Shown: one piece after another, positions 35,606-48,360 of the stretch
Position numbering within the stretch: position 1 is the first letter of the stretch
How the letters are laid out: each line of letters begins with the position of its first letter
NCBI GenBank assembly: GCA_977862235.1
Contig: OZ374563.1
Location: 2,170,001 to 2,234,000, forward strand
Length of the DNA stretch: 64,000 bases
From: Dudresnaya verticillata
Lineage: Eukaryota
Reading direction: 5' to 3'
Translations under genes and position numbers: made by a program
The notes under the pieces: model-generated
Databases searched by the model: none
Told to the model about the DNA's origin: nothing
Seen by the model: only the letters and a program-made list of their open reading frames with translations

Positions 35606-36763
35606 ATGATGGCCGTACCCGAAACCGCCTCACAGCCCGCTCCATTCTCAAAGCCCCCAGCCCCGTCTCCCATGAGGCCCCAATCTCCGCAACCGGCCGC
35701 AGCCTCACCCCCGCCAGAACGCACCCCGCCCGCCCCGGTCCTATCCTCGTACATCCGTCCGGTCTCCCTAGCGGTTCTGCTGCTCACCCTAACTCCCATC
35801 AACTTCCTGAAACTCCTTCCGCTCCCGCACCTGCACAACCCATTAACCCTAATATGCGTATTGCCCGCCCTGTACGCGCCCACCGCCTCTGCAAGAACCA
35901 TGTCCACCCTGCTGGTCCTCCTTGCCCTCGCCTCTCAGCAGCTTATCGTCATCCTACATGCCTCCCCATCGGCTCGAGTCGTTCTTGTGTCACGCATGCT
36001 CAGTTGCGCCTTTATGGGAACACTTTTTCAAATCACAGCGCACATGACTGTGATTTGCGCTGTTTGCTTGCTCTTCTGGATGGCATGCTTCTTGGGCGCA
36101 ATGCAGTACGCGAAGATGTTTCTCGCGGATGGAGGAACCCCGGAACAGCTGGAGCAATCACCACTTATGCGGTTGGCGAGGCAAATGCAGGACAAAGACA
36201 TGGGCACCCTGTCCTCCTTCTTAGTGGAAGTACCTGCTACTTTGGTCAACGGCGTCACTCCCGCACTTCTTGTGCGAGGCTACGCTGCCATGGTTGTTGG
36301 ACCTGCCGGAACAGTTGTCGATCATGTTTCAATCATTGATATTATCGCCTATGCGCTTGCTGGTATGGTTGGTATCACCCTTGTGAAGGTCGTACTACCG
36401 TTGCTTTGGAGTCCTGGTTCAGTCAAAACAACATCTCAGGCTCTTTCCGCGACCGCGAAAGCAGCGTATTGGATTCTGGTCAATTCTTCTTCAGCTATCT
36501 TTGTAGCTCTCTCGCTGGCAGAGAGGGATATACTTCTGATGCGTTCCAGTATCATCTCTGCTGTTTTCATGGTTACCTTCCTTCGGTTTGCGTTTTTGGT
36601 TCTAGAAGTTCTTTCGAAATCTGCAAAGAAGCACGGTTTCAAAGAGCTGCACGTTATCCTTCTTGTACTACATGTGTTGTGCGCTTCATGGTTCTTGCGG
36701 AACACTGCAGATAGACTTTTGGATGCGCTAGCCGCAGAGGCGCATAAGAATGCTGTCTTGTAG
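35606..36763 (+). CDS. Multi-pass membrane protein, 385 aa, Pro-rich N-terminus
   Basis: Long intact ATG ORF with many hydrophobic segments of about 20 aa; CCAAT-containing conserved element upstream. Family not recognised. Confidence 0.8.
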   Translation: MMAVPETASQPAPFSKPPAPSPMRPQSPQPAAASPPPERTPPAPVLSSYIRPVSLAVLLLTLTPINFLKLLPLPHLHNPLTLICVLPALYAPTASARTMSTLLVLLALASQQLIVILHASPSARVVLVSRMLSCAFMGTLFQITAHMTVICAVCLLFWMACFLGAMQYAKMFLADGGTPEQLEQSPLMRLARQMQDKDMGTLSSFLVEVPATLVNGVTPALLVRGYAAMVVGPAGTVVDHVSIIDIIAYALAGMVGITLVKVVLPLLWSPGSVKTTSQALSATAKAAYWILVNSSSAIFVALSLAERDILLMRSSIISAVFMVTFLRFAFLVLEVLSKSAKKHGFKELHVILLVLHVLCASWFLRNTADRLLDALAAEAHKNAVL

Positions 36764-37819
36764 TGAGCCATATTGATCTTGTATTCAATCTAAACATTCG
36801 TTCGTCTTGGCGAGGCGTGAATGAGTTGTACGAAATCGACTTTTATCTACAGTCTTCTTCCGAGTGTATGTACAAAAGCCCGGAAGGACCACGCTATTAG
36901 GGAGTTTACGCTGCAGAGCTCCACTAAGATATGAGAGGAAATTCTGATACACGGATTGCACATGACATCATTGTACAGAAGTTGGTCGCAACGGCTTGGT
37001 GTTCTTTACCTTCAGCTGTTTTGTCAAAGAGAGGTTTTCAACCCGGACACTTGTGCAGGCAATATTTTATTTTTCTCTAGCTTCCGCTAGTGTTTGTCAA
37101 AGTGATTTTCAACGTGTACACTTGTATGGGCAATATTTATTAGACATTCATGTTTTTCAGACCCTGAGTATCCCACGTACAACAACAGTGACAACAACGA
37201 CAACGTTCACAGCGTATACACCTCTAAATGAATCTGCCGGGTCGCAGGTCCTTTTTCTTGTTGCCCGGCGTGGACTGTTTCGTGCGCATTTTGTCTATTC
37301 GTGCTGAAGCTAAGGTAGATGCGAGGCACAAGTGGAATGGAAGAATGAGCCGCAGCGGAGCGCCGCCACGCTCTAATACGGCGTACACGTGGACTAAAGT
37401 GTAAGATGCGCACCAGCGCCGCGAACTGTAAGGTCTACTCGCATTGCTGGCATCACTGCTGGCGCCCATTTGATGGCGCGTCGCCATTGGGCGATTTATT
37501 GCGCACACAGCCCTGATTGGGCCGCGCGCGGATGTTTTCCCGTGATGTTGTAGGGAGAGGCCCTCTCCTACCGCGAACGGGGCAGGGCCTCCGCGAGACA
37601 CCATTGACGTGCGTCTTCAACGCCACACCTTCACAGAAACGAAACACTGTTAAAAACCCCGCACCAGACTAGTCAATGTCCAATAAAGATACCCTCCCGA
37701 TCCCTTGGGATCGAGCAGGGACGGAAATTTATCCAGGCTCAAAAGCAAGGAAAACTAGAAGCGGACCAAGGGATGGCTCAGAACGGAACAATGCCGAAGG
37801 TCCAAAAGGCGATGGCAAA

Positions 37820-38400
37820 CGTTTAGAGGTTGTTTAGGTGGTCCCACTCAGGCGAATAATTGGATCGTGATCAGGCATACCATGATCAGCTACAGAAGCA
37901 GGGCTGCCACTCGATTGTACCCCGGGAAGGAAAAGAAAACGCAATGGTGCCGGGACTGCGATTGGGAGGATGAAGGCCTGTTCAGAAGAGCAAAACTCCG
38001 CAGAGCACAGGTTGAGATTAAACGTTACGAGATGAATTAATGTGCACCAGCATCGACGAAGAGAGTATATGGTGCGGACGGAGTCGATCGTAGTGGAGAT
38101 AGTGTGAAGATAGTCGGGGTGACATCTGGCTTGGATAGCAGCTGGAGTGCTTGGGTGTGGGTTAGTATGGCTGCAGGTTTGGTAGGCCAGCAAGACAGGA
38201 CGGGGAAAGTAGCGAAAAGCGAACGGATGGTCAGGTGTCAGTCTCGGTAGTCAGTGAGTAGAAGGGCTGGCGTGGGACAGGAACACGTCTGGAGAGGATC
38301 GGGGTCGCCGTCCTGGCAGGGCTTCTCTCCATTCCGCATTGCAATGGTAGACAAGGGCACAAAGGGGAGCGGGTTCTGGAGCGCATAATGTAAGGTCACC
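37820..38400 (-). mobile_element. Degenerate RWHLG-family non-LTR fragment
   Basis: Colinear similarity with 34385-34900 (GGTTGTTTAGGTGGTCCC.., CAGAGCACAGG, GGAGTGCTTGGGTGTGGGTT). Confidence 0.65.
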
Positions 38401-38410
38401 ATCTGATGGC

Positions 38411-39530
38411 TCATGTTTATTGCTTGTTCTAGGTGGTTCTACGCGTGCAATAGAACCCATGTGCAGGCGTACACGAGTACCTGCGTATTGTAGCGAGCCA
38501 AAACTGCCCAGTATTGGTGAAAGGGTGGTGCTTAATGCTTTATCCTGTAGTGATAGCTTTCCCCGAGACACGACCAGTGCTCACATGAGAATGCGGACTG
38601 ATCATGGGTATTCCCTTTCACACAGCAGGTGAATAGCATCAATCGCAGATGAGGTTGCCTGCAATCCTGAGGGCGTGAGAAAAAATCTTTAGAGAGTGCC
38701 AGGAGCTGGCGTGCATGAGTGTGTAGGGCCTTGTTGGTGGTACGGCATTTCGGCGGGATCGGAAAGGAACAAAGGTGCCAGCGTATCACAAGCAGACGGT
38801 CGCAGTAGTCGGGGAGCTTCAATGCCGGGGCGAGACGGGGGTGTCGGCGACGGGGGCTTGTCGCAGTCCGTTGAAGGCTGAGCGCCATTCTGCAACACGT
38901 TCAGCTTGTACGGTCGATTGCTGGGGCTTGTTCTGGACAAGAGTGGGGAGCGTGTGGTCAGCGATGGTCGAAAGGGCCAGGGGAGTTTGGCGGGCACCCG
39001 GTGTTGCCCGTAGCGCAGAGGGGGGTTTGTTGGGCATGAGGGGCAGTAATAGGCGCTGATGCTGCAGAACGGTAGTGCAAGTTGTTGAAGGGAGGGGATA
39101 CGCTTCTACCGATGGCGCTTCTACCGATGGCGCAGAAGAGCGGTTTTCAATCTGAAAGATCATGACGGGCTTCTGTAGCCGGAGACGGGACATGCGCCTC
39201 GATGGCGGCGGCATCACTAGGCGGAAGAATGCGGTATCGAGGGCTGTCCATCGCGGTGTGTGTTGCAGCTGTGTAGCTCATCAGCGTCCAGCCTTGTGGT
39301 GTGCACAGGACCAAGTCGCTGCTGAGTATCGGAATCTGAAACCTTTTGTATCCTCTCGGATGGTGGAAACCATTCTCGGTAGTTGGCCGCTGCTTCAGTA
39401 CTGTTGGCGTACTGTTGGCAATGGAATTGTCCGCTTTGAGGAGATCTGGGAAGGTAGGCAGATTTGGAGTTCAGCCTTCGAGTCTTTGGACGGCGGGCAG
39501 CACCGGTGATAACAAGTTGCACGGATGCCA
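38411..39530 (-). mobile_element. 5'-truncated RWHLG-family non-LTR element
   Basis: Translates RLRLQKPVMIFQIE and LAPALKLPDYCDRLLVIRWHLCSFPIPPKC in shifted frames; 3' motif ..AGAACCACCTAGAACAAGCAATAAACATGA at 38411-38445. Confidence 0.7.
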
Positions 39531-40904
39531 CTACAAAAACTCAAAATAAAATGGAGATCTGTTGAACAAAATCCAACGAAACCTGAATCGTTACTGTAAA
39601 CCGATCTTAAAATACTGTAAGGTCTGCGAACGCGTCGTGGAGTTCGGCACCATGTTGCCGCCGAGACAGGAAACCTCCGAGTTTGGAGTTGAGGGCAGTA
39701 TGCAGCGATCCGTCGGTCCATAGCCCTAACTCTTTCCGCGCCTTTTCCGTCGTCCGCACGCGGCGCTTCGGTCTGGAATCCCCGATGATGAGTGAACATA
39801 ATTTACAATATAACCCTAGTGATGGGGGGGGGGGAGGCAACAGTCACCCAGACTGTTTAACGCAGGCTTCCATACGCATTCACGCCACGACAAGCTCATC
39901 TTTCTCAACCCTCTCTCGATCAGCCATCCCTACTGGCAAAGCGACTACCTGAACTCCTTGCGTAGAGCAACATACCCAGGAATAAATATGGACGACGATC
40001 CGACCAAGCGTTGCTACAAGGCCACTTGGCCGGGCAAGGGCAAGAAGCAGGAATCTTCCGCGCACGGTTCTTGCAATTCCGGCTACAAGTTTTCCTGCTC
40101 TAAGTCCGGCTCCAAGTCTTCAGGCTCCAAGTCCGGCTCCAAGAATTCAGGCTCCAAGTCCGGCTCCAACTCTGGCTCCAAGTCTTCTTCCAAGTCTTCC
40201 AAGTCCTCTAAGGCTTCGTCTGCACGCACATCCACTGGCTCCTCGTACAAGCATAGTTCCTCCTCGTACGGTTCGGGAAAGTCCAGCAAGTGCCGCACGT
40301 GTCCGTACTGCGGTTGTATTGCCTATTCCAGGGAGTCTCTCGACCAGCATATCAGGCGCTGCCATCCGTGTGCCTGCTAAGCCAGACCACAGCACAACGA
40401 GCGACCTCACTGGCACATTCTTAGGGCTGCTTTGCACATAAATGATTCTCTTAATCTGAGTTCGCACTAATCCCCAGTTTCACAATATCTTCAACTTGTC
40501 ATCGTGCGGTAAAGGGAGCAGTTCGTGCTGTGTTCCAGAGTGAGCTTGCTTTTTTCTTTCCAATCTACCGGGGGCATCCCTTATTCTGATACTGGGGTTT
40601 ACCTAGAAGCCTTACACCGCGCAGTGCCGGGACTTTTACAGCCCATTGAGATATTTTTATCAGCCACTTCCTCCTCCTCCAACCGTTCTGATGTCGGAAA
40701 GCCCCACTTCTCTTCTATAAAAGGGAGCTCCATGAACAACAAAACAATGGGTTTTAGGACATCTAGGATTTACATCGTCAAAGAGGGAGATAGAACCGTT
40801 ATGTGCAGGAGCCGAAAAGGGTCGCTAGAGGTCGCCCCCAAGCCGTCCTATACTTATGCAAGAACTACATCTGCTCCCTCTACCAACAAGGCTTTGATAT
40901 ACAT
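38507..40904 (+). repeat. Tandem-duplication unit B, copy 1 (LINE fragment + zinc-finger gene); continues at 46205 after the copia insertion
   Basis: Matches 47331-48355, 49027-49335 and 54636-55668 once the insertions in copy 2 are removed; initial offset 8,824 bp, about 3.5 kb without the copia. Confidence 0.9.
39988..40380 (+). CDS. Ser/Gly/Lys-repeat C2H2 zinc-finger protein, copy 2 (130 aa)
   Basis: MDDDPTKR...CPYCGCIAYSRESLDQHIRRCH; intact ORF. Confidence 0.7.
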   Translation: MDDDPTKRCYKATWPGKGKKQESSAHGSCNSGYKFSCSKSGSKSSGSKSGSKNSGSKSGSNSGSKSSSKSSKSSKASSARTSTGSSYKHSSSSYGSGKSSKCRTCPYCGCIAYSRESLDQHIRRCHPCAC

Positions 40905-43900
40905 TGATAATTGGGGGAAAAGGGTCTGCAGCATGCAGATCAGTAGTGAGAGGGAAAGCGTGGTACTGCAGTTGAAGTGTCAAAGTAGTTTTGATTGTGG
41001 TAGTAGATGGATACCTCAGAAAGCAGAGGAGTGCTTGTCGAGTCAATACTTATAGACTACAGTCCGCCACACAGAATCTATCGGACATGATAAAGTGATG
41101 AGTATCGTCATCAACGGTATAGTCGTTCTAGTAACAACTAAAATACAATCGTAACAGTAAACTAGCAACGACTACAGTGCAAAAGATATTCGTGCCATCT
41201 AAAACGATCACAAGTAGTTCTTCAAGCCATGAACGATTCCAAATACAGAAAGCATTTCCAAGCTGTTCAAGCTTGGAGCAACTCAAAGTTAGACATTCCT
41301 CCTCCTTCGAGTGAACCTATCCAAGGAAAGCATCAGATTCACGAGACTCGTGCATCGCGAGATCACAGGGTAGCTTGCCATCAAACATGAGTAGTTGTAA
41401 ACTGTCTGATACAGCAGAATCAATCTTAGTTAGAGGGTCTGCGAAGTTAAGAGTCCCTGGAATCCATGTCACCTGATTGAGCGCATGTGTTTCGAAATTT
41501 TACCTTAGTAGTGCAACATCAGCTTCAATTGACTTATCATCAGGCACTCTGCAGGTCGACATTGATGAAAATAGATCCTTAGAATCAACTGCTAGTCCCA
41601 AATGCACTGAACCTCCCAGAAGCAATGTGTATGTAGCTGCGATGACTTTTCCAGCATCAAGTGCCTCCTCTGCAGCCATAACTTCTGCAGAAGCACTAGA
41701 TTTAGCTGGGCGTCTTGATAAGTGGGATTGCCAGCTAAGTACATGAAACACAGACCCTTTTTTCAATGGGCCAATGCAAAGGCCAGCAACATATCCAAGT
41801 TGACCAAACTCGTTAGGTCTGGCAGCATCAGAAAACATAAAAACACTTACATCATATGACCCCTTTTCTGGAGTTCTGAACTTGGTAGTAGACCCAATTC
41901 TCTGAAGTTTTCTTACTAAACCTGCCTGTCGCTGCAAATCATGTACAGTTGTGGACGACCGTCGCTGTTGCATAAAACTTGTGTACAGCGATGCAAAGGG
42001 AGAGACATTTTGACCCAAGAATCCAAAGGACCCATTCATAGATGAGAAGGAGAAATACTCAATTGCGTTCAATGAATCATCAACCTGCTTTCGTCTTGTT
42101 CTTGTTAACCTGTACGGGGTGAGAGCTTCAACTTTGTCTTCAGCAGATATATGAATAACTCCGTCTTCATCTTGAGTAATAGTTAGCCCAAAGAATACGA
42201 ACTCTCCTGGTAAATGAACGATTGTTCCGAGCTTATATCGTTTCGATAATGCATCTATGAACGAAGACTTAGCATTTTCTTCGCCAACAATCAGAAGGTC
42301 ACCGACAACTTTGGCCACTAGTAGTACTAAAACTCCATCCCTGCACATATAAAACAACTGGGGTATGTGAACGACAGATGAAAGTCCCAGGTCAAGAAGT
42401 GTGGAGTCAGAGTGGTATTGCCATTTTGCATTAGCATTAACCAACCCATAACTTGCGGTCAGTAGGAGCCAGTAGAACAATCGATTGACACACTCGCGTG
42501 GTGGTATGACATACACATCTCTTTGCGCTCTTCCAGACTGTAGAAATGCGCTCTTAATGTCAATTTTGCTGATAAACCAACCGAATATAACTGCAATGGA
42601 CAATAATATTCTAAATCCCAACGGTGGGCATGCAGCAGAATCAGTCTTGAGTGATTTTCGCTCTCTGTCGTTATTGCCATGTGGTGCAATCCTAGCCTTG
42701 CACCTTTTCGAACCATCATCTAGACGCTTGACCTTGTACAAGACGTGACTTGAAATTATATTCGCTCCATGCGGAACCTTAGAGATGTGAATGCATTCAC
42801 AGGTTTGCAAGAAGCTTTCTTCTTCACTTCGGTATGCATTTTGTACTACAGAAGGCGGTAGACCTTGCGCATCCTTCAATAAGAACTCCTTGGTCCCAAA
42901 GCGTTCATAACAGCTGTCCAACAGAATTTTGTCTGAAGGTGTTAGCATCTGTCCTGGTTGCAGAACAATATCAGCTGTATTAGCATTTCGAGCTTGTGAG
43001 CGTGTAACCATTTGGTGTCCATCGTCATTAGCATCACCAAGGGAATTTAGTTCACGTGTGCCAACAGGACCTGGAGGTGGGTGGTATGTAAGTGCATCTG
43101 CACCAAACTGTCCATTGGGAGACACTGAGTCAGGGCTAGGGTGCACACCTTCACCTATATCCATGTAATTTCCATCTTGTACATTATTTATAGTTTTCTC
43201 ATCAGCATCTACATCACCATTATTTGTTACATCAGTAACATTGGTCCATCCATTGTCTTCTACATCATCATTATTTCCAATACAATTTCCATCATCATCG
43301 TTTCCATCATCATCATTTCCATCTTCTACAATCACATCAATAGCTGAATATACTGCTGAGTTACATTGATCGATAGCGGCTTGAACCATGTGGGAAAAAT
43401 CAGCCTGACTGGGCAATGCGAACCGAACATCCTCGACTGCTGCTTGAACGACACGACCAGCCTTGCCAGGTACAGTAACAGTTTGAGATTTTTTGTCAAA
43501 GGAAAGAACAGGTCTTGGTAGAGTCCATTTGCCTCTTTTCTCATTGGGTTGCTTGATATAAAGTTCAACAAGAGTACCGACATCAATTGCTGCATCTTGT
43601 GAAGACTTAGAGCGTAATATTGCCGTAAGCTTGCGGCGTGCAGATAAATCATCGTGTGCTTTGATTATCTCATCTGGTATAGTAATTGGAGAGTCAGTGG
43701 GAATGATAGGACGAGTAAACCCTTTCGCTAGCTCATATGCGGAAGCTATATCATTACCATAGAGGTCATTTGATATCCTCATTGCCTGAATCACGAGTAG
43801 TCGTGCATTGGCATTTGGGTTGGCGTGACGCAATCGCATAAATATCGACTTAATAACTCTGTGCTTGGATTCCAATGCATTTTTGCTTGGACGGCGTGGG

Positions 43901-46204
43901 GGAGCTGGACGAAACATAGTTCCAATAGAATTCAAATGGTTTTTGAACTCAGCCACATTGAAGGCAGGGTCTCCCTGTACAGCAGCTGGATTCCAGAACT
44001 GTGATATCCAATTTGATTCAAGCACATTAATAGCGTTGGTCATTCCCTTAGTTTGCACGCAATCCCCAGCAGAGTACCTTGATACAGAATCCATAATGTG
44101 GAAAACTGATTCCTGCTCAGGAAAAAAATGATCAATATATACGAGCTGGTTAAATCCCCTAGAGAAATTATTGAGGGAAACAGTTCGGGATTTGACTGGA
44201 AGATCCGTCTCGTGGCAACTTCTGCAGGACTCAAGTGTCTTGGATAAATATGATGCACACTCATCTGTCCAAAGGTTGTTTCTCTGAGGCAGTGTCTTGA
44301 TGTCGAAGTAGTTTGAATGTCCACATACATGTTTGTGGACTTTATCAATAATGGACTTCAAATCCCTCCATGACAGTGAGTGCGAATTTTCTGATGCTTC
44401 AGTAGCAGCACGCAAACTGGAGCAAACAACATTATCCTTTGCCGCCGTAAACCTTGAAAACGGCAAATAGTCCAGGAAGTCATGCTTCAATAGTGACACA
44501 GTGTCATATTGTCCGTTGCTTAACTCAGTAGGCAATTGGAGAAAACGGCCATCGATGTGTTGAATGTTGCAGTGGTTGGTAACATTTTTCCAACAATCCA
44601 TTGTGAGGACCCTTCAATAACAACATGTCGTACCTCTAAGACAGAACCAGAGTCACTCAACAACCGTAGAACAACGGAACCAATAATTTTTCTAGTGCTG
44701 CTCGCATGAGAGCCTTGACCGTACTGCCAATAAGGTCTATTGGCAATTGATTCAGGAATCTGTTCGCGGCATTCATCCCACGAACTTAGGACGAAGGGAG
44801 CAATTTTCCTTAGTTCAACAAGCCCAATGCCAGAGTAGGGTGCACCATCGTCAAGTAATGGGCCTGGAGCACGAAGTGGAGAGGCAGTAGCACTATGAAT
44901 ATTGACATTGTTGAATTTCAAGGTCTTTGTCTTACCCTTGTTATCACTTTCATTGTTCCCATTCGTGCCTTTCTGCGACATAGAACATTCAGCATCACCA
45001 GCCCAATGGCCTTTCTCCTTGCACGCACGGCATCTGGAGTTCTTCTTGAAAGCAGCAAGTTCTTCAGCTCTCATATCCTTGAATGCCTTGCGTTTGACAG
45101 GGCGAGTTCTAAAAGGGCGATGGGTAGCACTATTACCCGACAATGGGGTAGTTTGTCGCAGAGAAAGCTCAGCAGGCTTGTCACATGCCCGCAAGATCGA
45201 AGAGACTTCTTCATATTTGATCTCATTTAACATTCCATGGATCTTGTTTTGACCGGGTCTCTGACGAATTTCAGAAGGTCTGGGGGCAGCAGCAGCTAGA
45301 ATAGATACGCGCTGGTGAGATTCCACATTTGCATTTGCAAGCAACAGAAAGGAGGTAATAGATTCAGGCAGTCTTGCATCACCAGCTGCAGCATTGAATC
45401 TACTCAGCTTGGCATCAAACCGAGTCTCAAAGTTCTTAAATCCTTCAGAATCACCTCTCGTAGTCCCTAGCACAGACATAAATTTCTGGAATACGTCATT
45501 GACCACTGCAAGAGGGTCGTCTTTGTGAAGAGCACGTGCTATTTCATTCGCACCATCATCCGACAGCAGCGTGTCTTCTGATATCTTCTTCACAATGTCT
45601 TGAGCACGCCCAAAAAGTTGAGCTTGCAACACAATCCCTTGAAGTCCTGGAGAAATCTTATTGCTGTTGGATTCCGGTAGCTTGTCATGGAACGATTTCC
45701 ACAGCCGTACAGCACGTACAAACTCTTCTTATGGACCACGACCGTCCGTCCAAGGAGCACCCTTGAGGGACCAAGAGAACTTGGGGCGAGATGGCAGATC
45801 TGGGCCCATAACTTGATAATTGGGGGAAAAGGGTCTGCAGCATGCAGATCAGTAGTGAGAGGGAAAGCATGGTACTGCAGTTGAAGTGTCAAAGTAGTTT
45901 TGATTGTGGTAGTAGATGGATACCTCAGAAAGCAGAGGAGTGCTTGTTGAGTCAATACTTATAGACTACAGTCCGCCACACAGAATCTATCGGACATGAT
46001 AAAGTGATGAGTATCGTCATCAACGGTATAGTCGTTCTAGTAACAACTAAAATACAATCGTAACAGTAAACTAGCAACGACTACAGTGCAAAAGATATTC
46101 GTGCCATCTAAAACGATCAAAAGTAGTTCTTCAAGCCATGAACGATTCCAAATACAGAAAGCATTTCCAAGCTGTTCAAGCTTGTAGCAACTCAAAGTTA
46201 GACA
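40905..46204 (-). mobile_element. Full-length but defective Ty1/copia element (family 2, GalEa-like), minus copy
   Basis: 391-bp LTRs 40905-41295 and 45814-46204 (TG...CA; 4 differences seen); PBS GTTATGGGCCCAG; PPT GAAGGAGGAGGAA; imperfect 6-bp flanks ATACAT/ATACAC. RT signature DIKSAFLQSG..RDVYVIPPRE..WLL..YGL resembles the GalEa clade (clade call is an inference). Confidence 0.95.
41317..45809 (-). pseudogene. Disrupted gag-pol of copia family 2
   Basis: Knuckle CRACKEKGHWAGDAEC, protease LLDDGAPYSG, integrase HKHVCGH..CRSC with D,D,E, RT, RNase H FSDAA. Lesions: TAA at 45729-45731, frameshift at 44585-44589, RT DD>GD at 42301-42303, TAA at 41500-41502 before NFADPLTK. Confidence 0.9.
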
Positions 46205-46814
46205 ATACACCCGTCAGCTGCATTGACGAGGCGAAGTGTGCTCTGGACAATCTGGATAGCGAATTACCTGAATGCATGTGTCAGCCGTACAGACATGGTG
46301 GGATTGAGAACGTTCCAAGTTGCCATCGGATGGCACGTTTGCAGTCCTGCTGGTTTGGTTACTGCAGGCCAGCGTGAGTTTGTGGGGGCAGACAGACTCA
46401 TATTGTTTCGGTCCGGCAGCCATCCCACCGTTCGCTTCTGGTTCTTCGTTTCGCGTGGCGGTTGACTTTGTGTCCGGTTCGGGTCAGTGGGATGCGGTTC
46501 AAGTACTTTCAAACTAGAGAAAGAAGAGTCGAGCAAGAATAACGGTACATCGAATGATTGCCCGGGTGTAACACGAGAAAATTCTAGGTTGGCTGTGAGG
46601 TGAAAGCAACAACCCCCATGCGGAGGTCACGGTGGGACTAAGGCAAGAGTTCCAGTGTGGCTCTTGGCGCGTCTTGTGCAACCAGAAGATTGTCTCGCTC
46701 AGACTTTGTGCGTGAACTGGAACCGTCCCACTCGCAAGACCAGAGAGGATGTAGGAATTTCGGTGGCGGGCCCTGATTGGCTGCATGTACGCGCTGTAGG
46801 AAAAAGCCGAGAGA

Positions 46815-46881
46815 GAGAGAGAGTTTGTAGACTTTACTGAAATCCTGACAGGATTTCAGTAAAGCCTACAAGCTCTCTCTC
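46815..46881. repeat. 67-bp near-perfect palindrome with (GA)n/(TC)n ends
   Basis: 33-bp arms around a single A at 46848, two mismatches: GAGAGAGAGTTTGTAGACTTTACTGAAATCCTG-A-CAGGATTTCAGTAAAGCCTACAAGCTCTCTCTC. Confidence 0.9.
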
Positions 46882-46960
46882 AGAGGAGGGGAGATATGTA
46901 TGTGCGGGCTGAGTGTTTGTTCGCAAAGTACTGCGCGTAGGAACAACGATCTCCTTATTT

Positions 46961-47330
46961 CTAACCCGCAACGCTTGCAAGGAGACAGGAAGCGTTGCGG
47001 TTGACTAGGGTGGCGGCGAGGTGCGAGAAGCACCGCTTGCGGGACAGACTGCGCTTCTCGTTGAAGCGTGACGCTCTCGCGTCCGCAATACCCTGCATGT
47101 GTTTCCGCGCCTTCTCGATCCAGCCGCCGGTGGTCTGCAATATGAACGGAAGCAGCGAGTAGTCGTCTCCGAGGTCTGCCATTAAGTCAGCGTGGTGGGT
47201 GACTTTTCCGGCTGCGGCCAGTTTGAAGGTCTGGTCTGGTGCCATTCTCGAATCCAACTCCAGCACGGCCATAGATATCCATACCCATTGGGTAGAGTTC
47301 AATATTTTCGCGAGCCTAAAGCACAAAGCG
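46961..47330 (-). mobile_element. C-terminal restriction-like endonuclease fragment of a CRE/R2-group non-LTR retrotransposon
   Basis: AAAGKVTHH...YSLLPFILQTTGGWIEKARKHMQGIA...LAATLVNRNASCL resembles the K..KY..F.P...ET.G.W...A....L...NA pattern of CRE-like ORF ends. Confidence 0.65.
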
Positions 47331-48355
47331 CCCAGTAGTGGTGAAAGGGTGGTGCTTAATGCTTTATCCTGTAGTGATAGCTTTCCCCGAGACACGACCA
47401 GTGCTCACATGAGAATGCGGACTGATCATGGGTATTCCCTTTCACACAGCAGGTGAATAGCATCAATCGCAGATGAGGTTGCCTGCAATCCTGAGGGCGT
47501 GAGAAAAAATCTTTAGAGAGTGCCAGGAGCTGGCGTGCATGAGTGTGTAGGGCCTTGTTGGTGGTACGGCATTTCGGCGGGATCGGAAAGGAACAAAGGT
47601 GCCAGCGTATCACAAGCAGACGGTCGCAGTAGTCGGGGAGCTTCAATGCCGGGGCGAGACGGGGGTGTCGGCGACGGGGGCTTGTCGCAGTCCGTTGAAG
47701 GCTGAGCGCCATTCTGCAACACGTTCAGCTTGTACGGTCGATTGCTGGGGCTTGTTCTGGACAAGAGTGGGGAGCGTGTGGTCAGCGATGGTCGAAAGGG
47801 CCAGGGGAGTTTGGCGGGCACCCGGTGTTGCCCGTAGCGCAGAGGGGGGTTTGTTGGGCATGAGGGGCAGTAATAGGCGCTGATGCTGCAGAACGGTAGT
47901 GCAAGTTGTTGAAGGGAGGGGATACGCTTCTACCGATGGCGCTTCTACCGATGGCGCAGAAGAGCGGTTTTCAATCTGAAAGATCATGACGGGCTTCTGT
48001 AGCCGGAGACGGGACATGCGCCTCGATGGCGGCGGCATCACTAGGCGGAAGAATGCGGTATCGAGGGCTGTCCATCGCGGTGTGTGTTGCAGCTGTGTAG
48101 CTCATCAGCGTCCAGCCTTGTGGTGTGCACAGGACCAAGTCGCTGCTGAGTATCGGAATCTGAAACCTTTTGCATCCTCTTGGATGGTGGAAACCATTCT
48201 CGGTAGTTGGCCGCTGCTTCAGTACTGTTGGCGTACTGTTGGCAATGGAATTGTCCGCTTTGAGGAGATCTGGGAAGGTAGGCAGATTTGGAGTTCAGCC
48301 TTCGAGTCTTTGGACGGCGGGCAGCACCGGTGATAACAAGTTGCACGGATGCCAC
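47331..48355 (-). mobile_element. RWHLG-family fragment, duplicate of 38507-39531
   Basis: Identical ORF translations at offset 8,824; its 3' UTR end is replaced by the CRE-like fragment. Confidence 0.75.
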
Positions 48356-48360
48356 CACAA

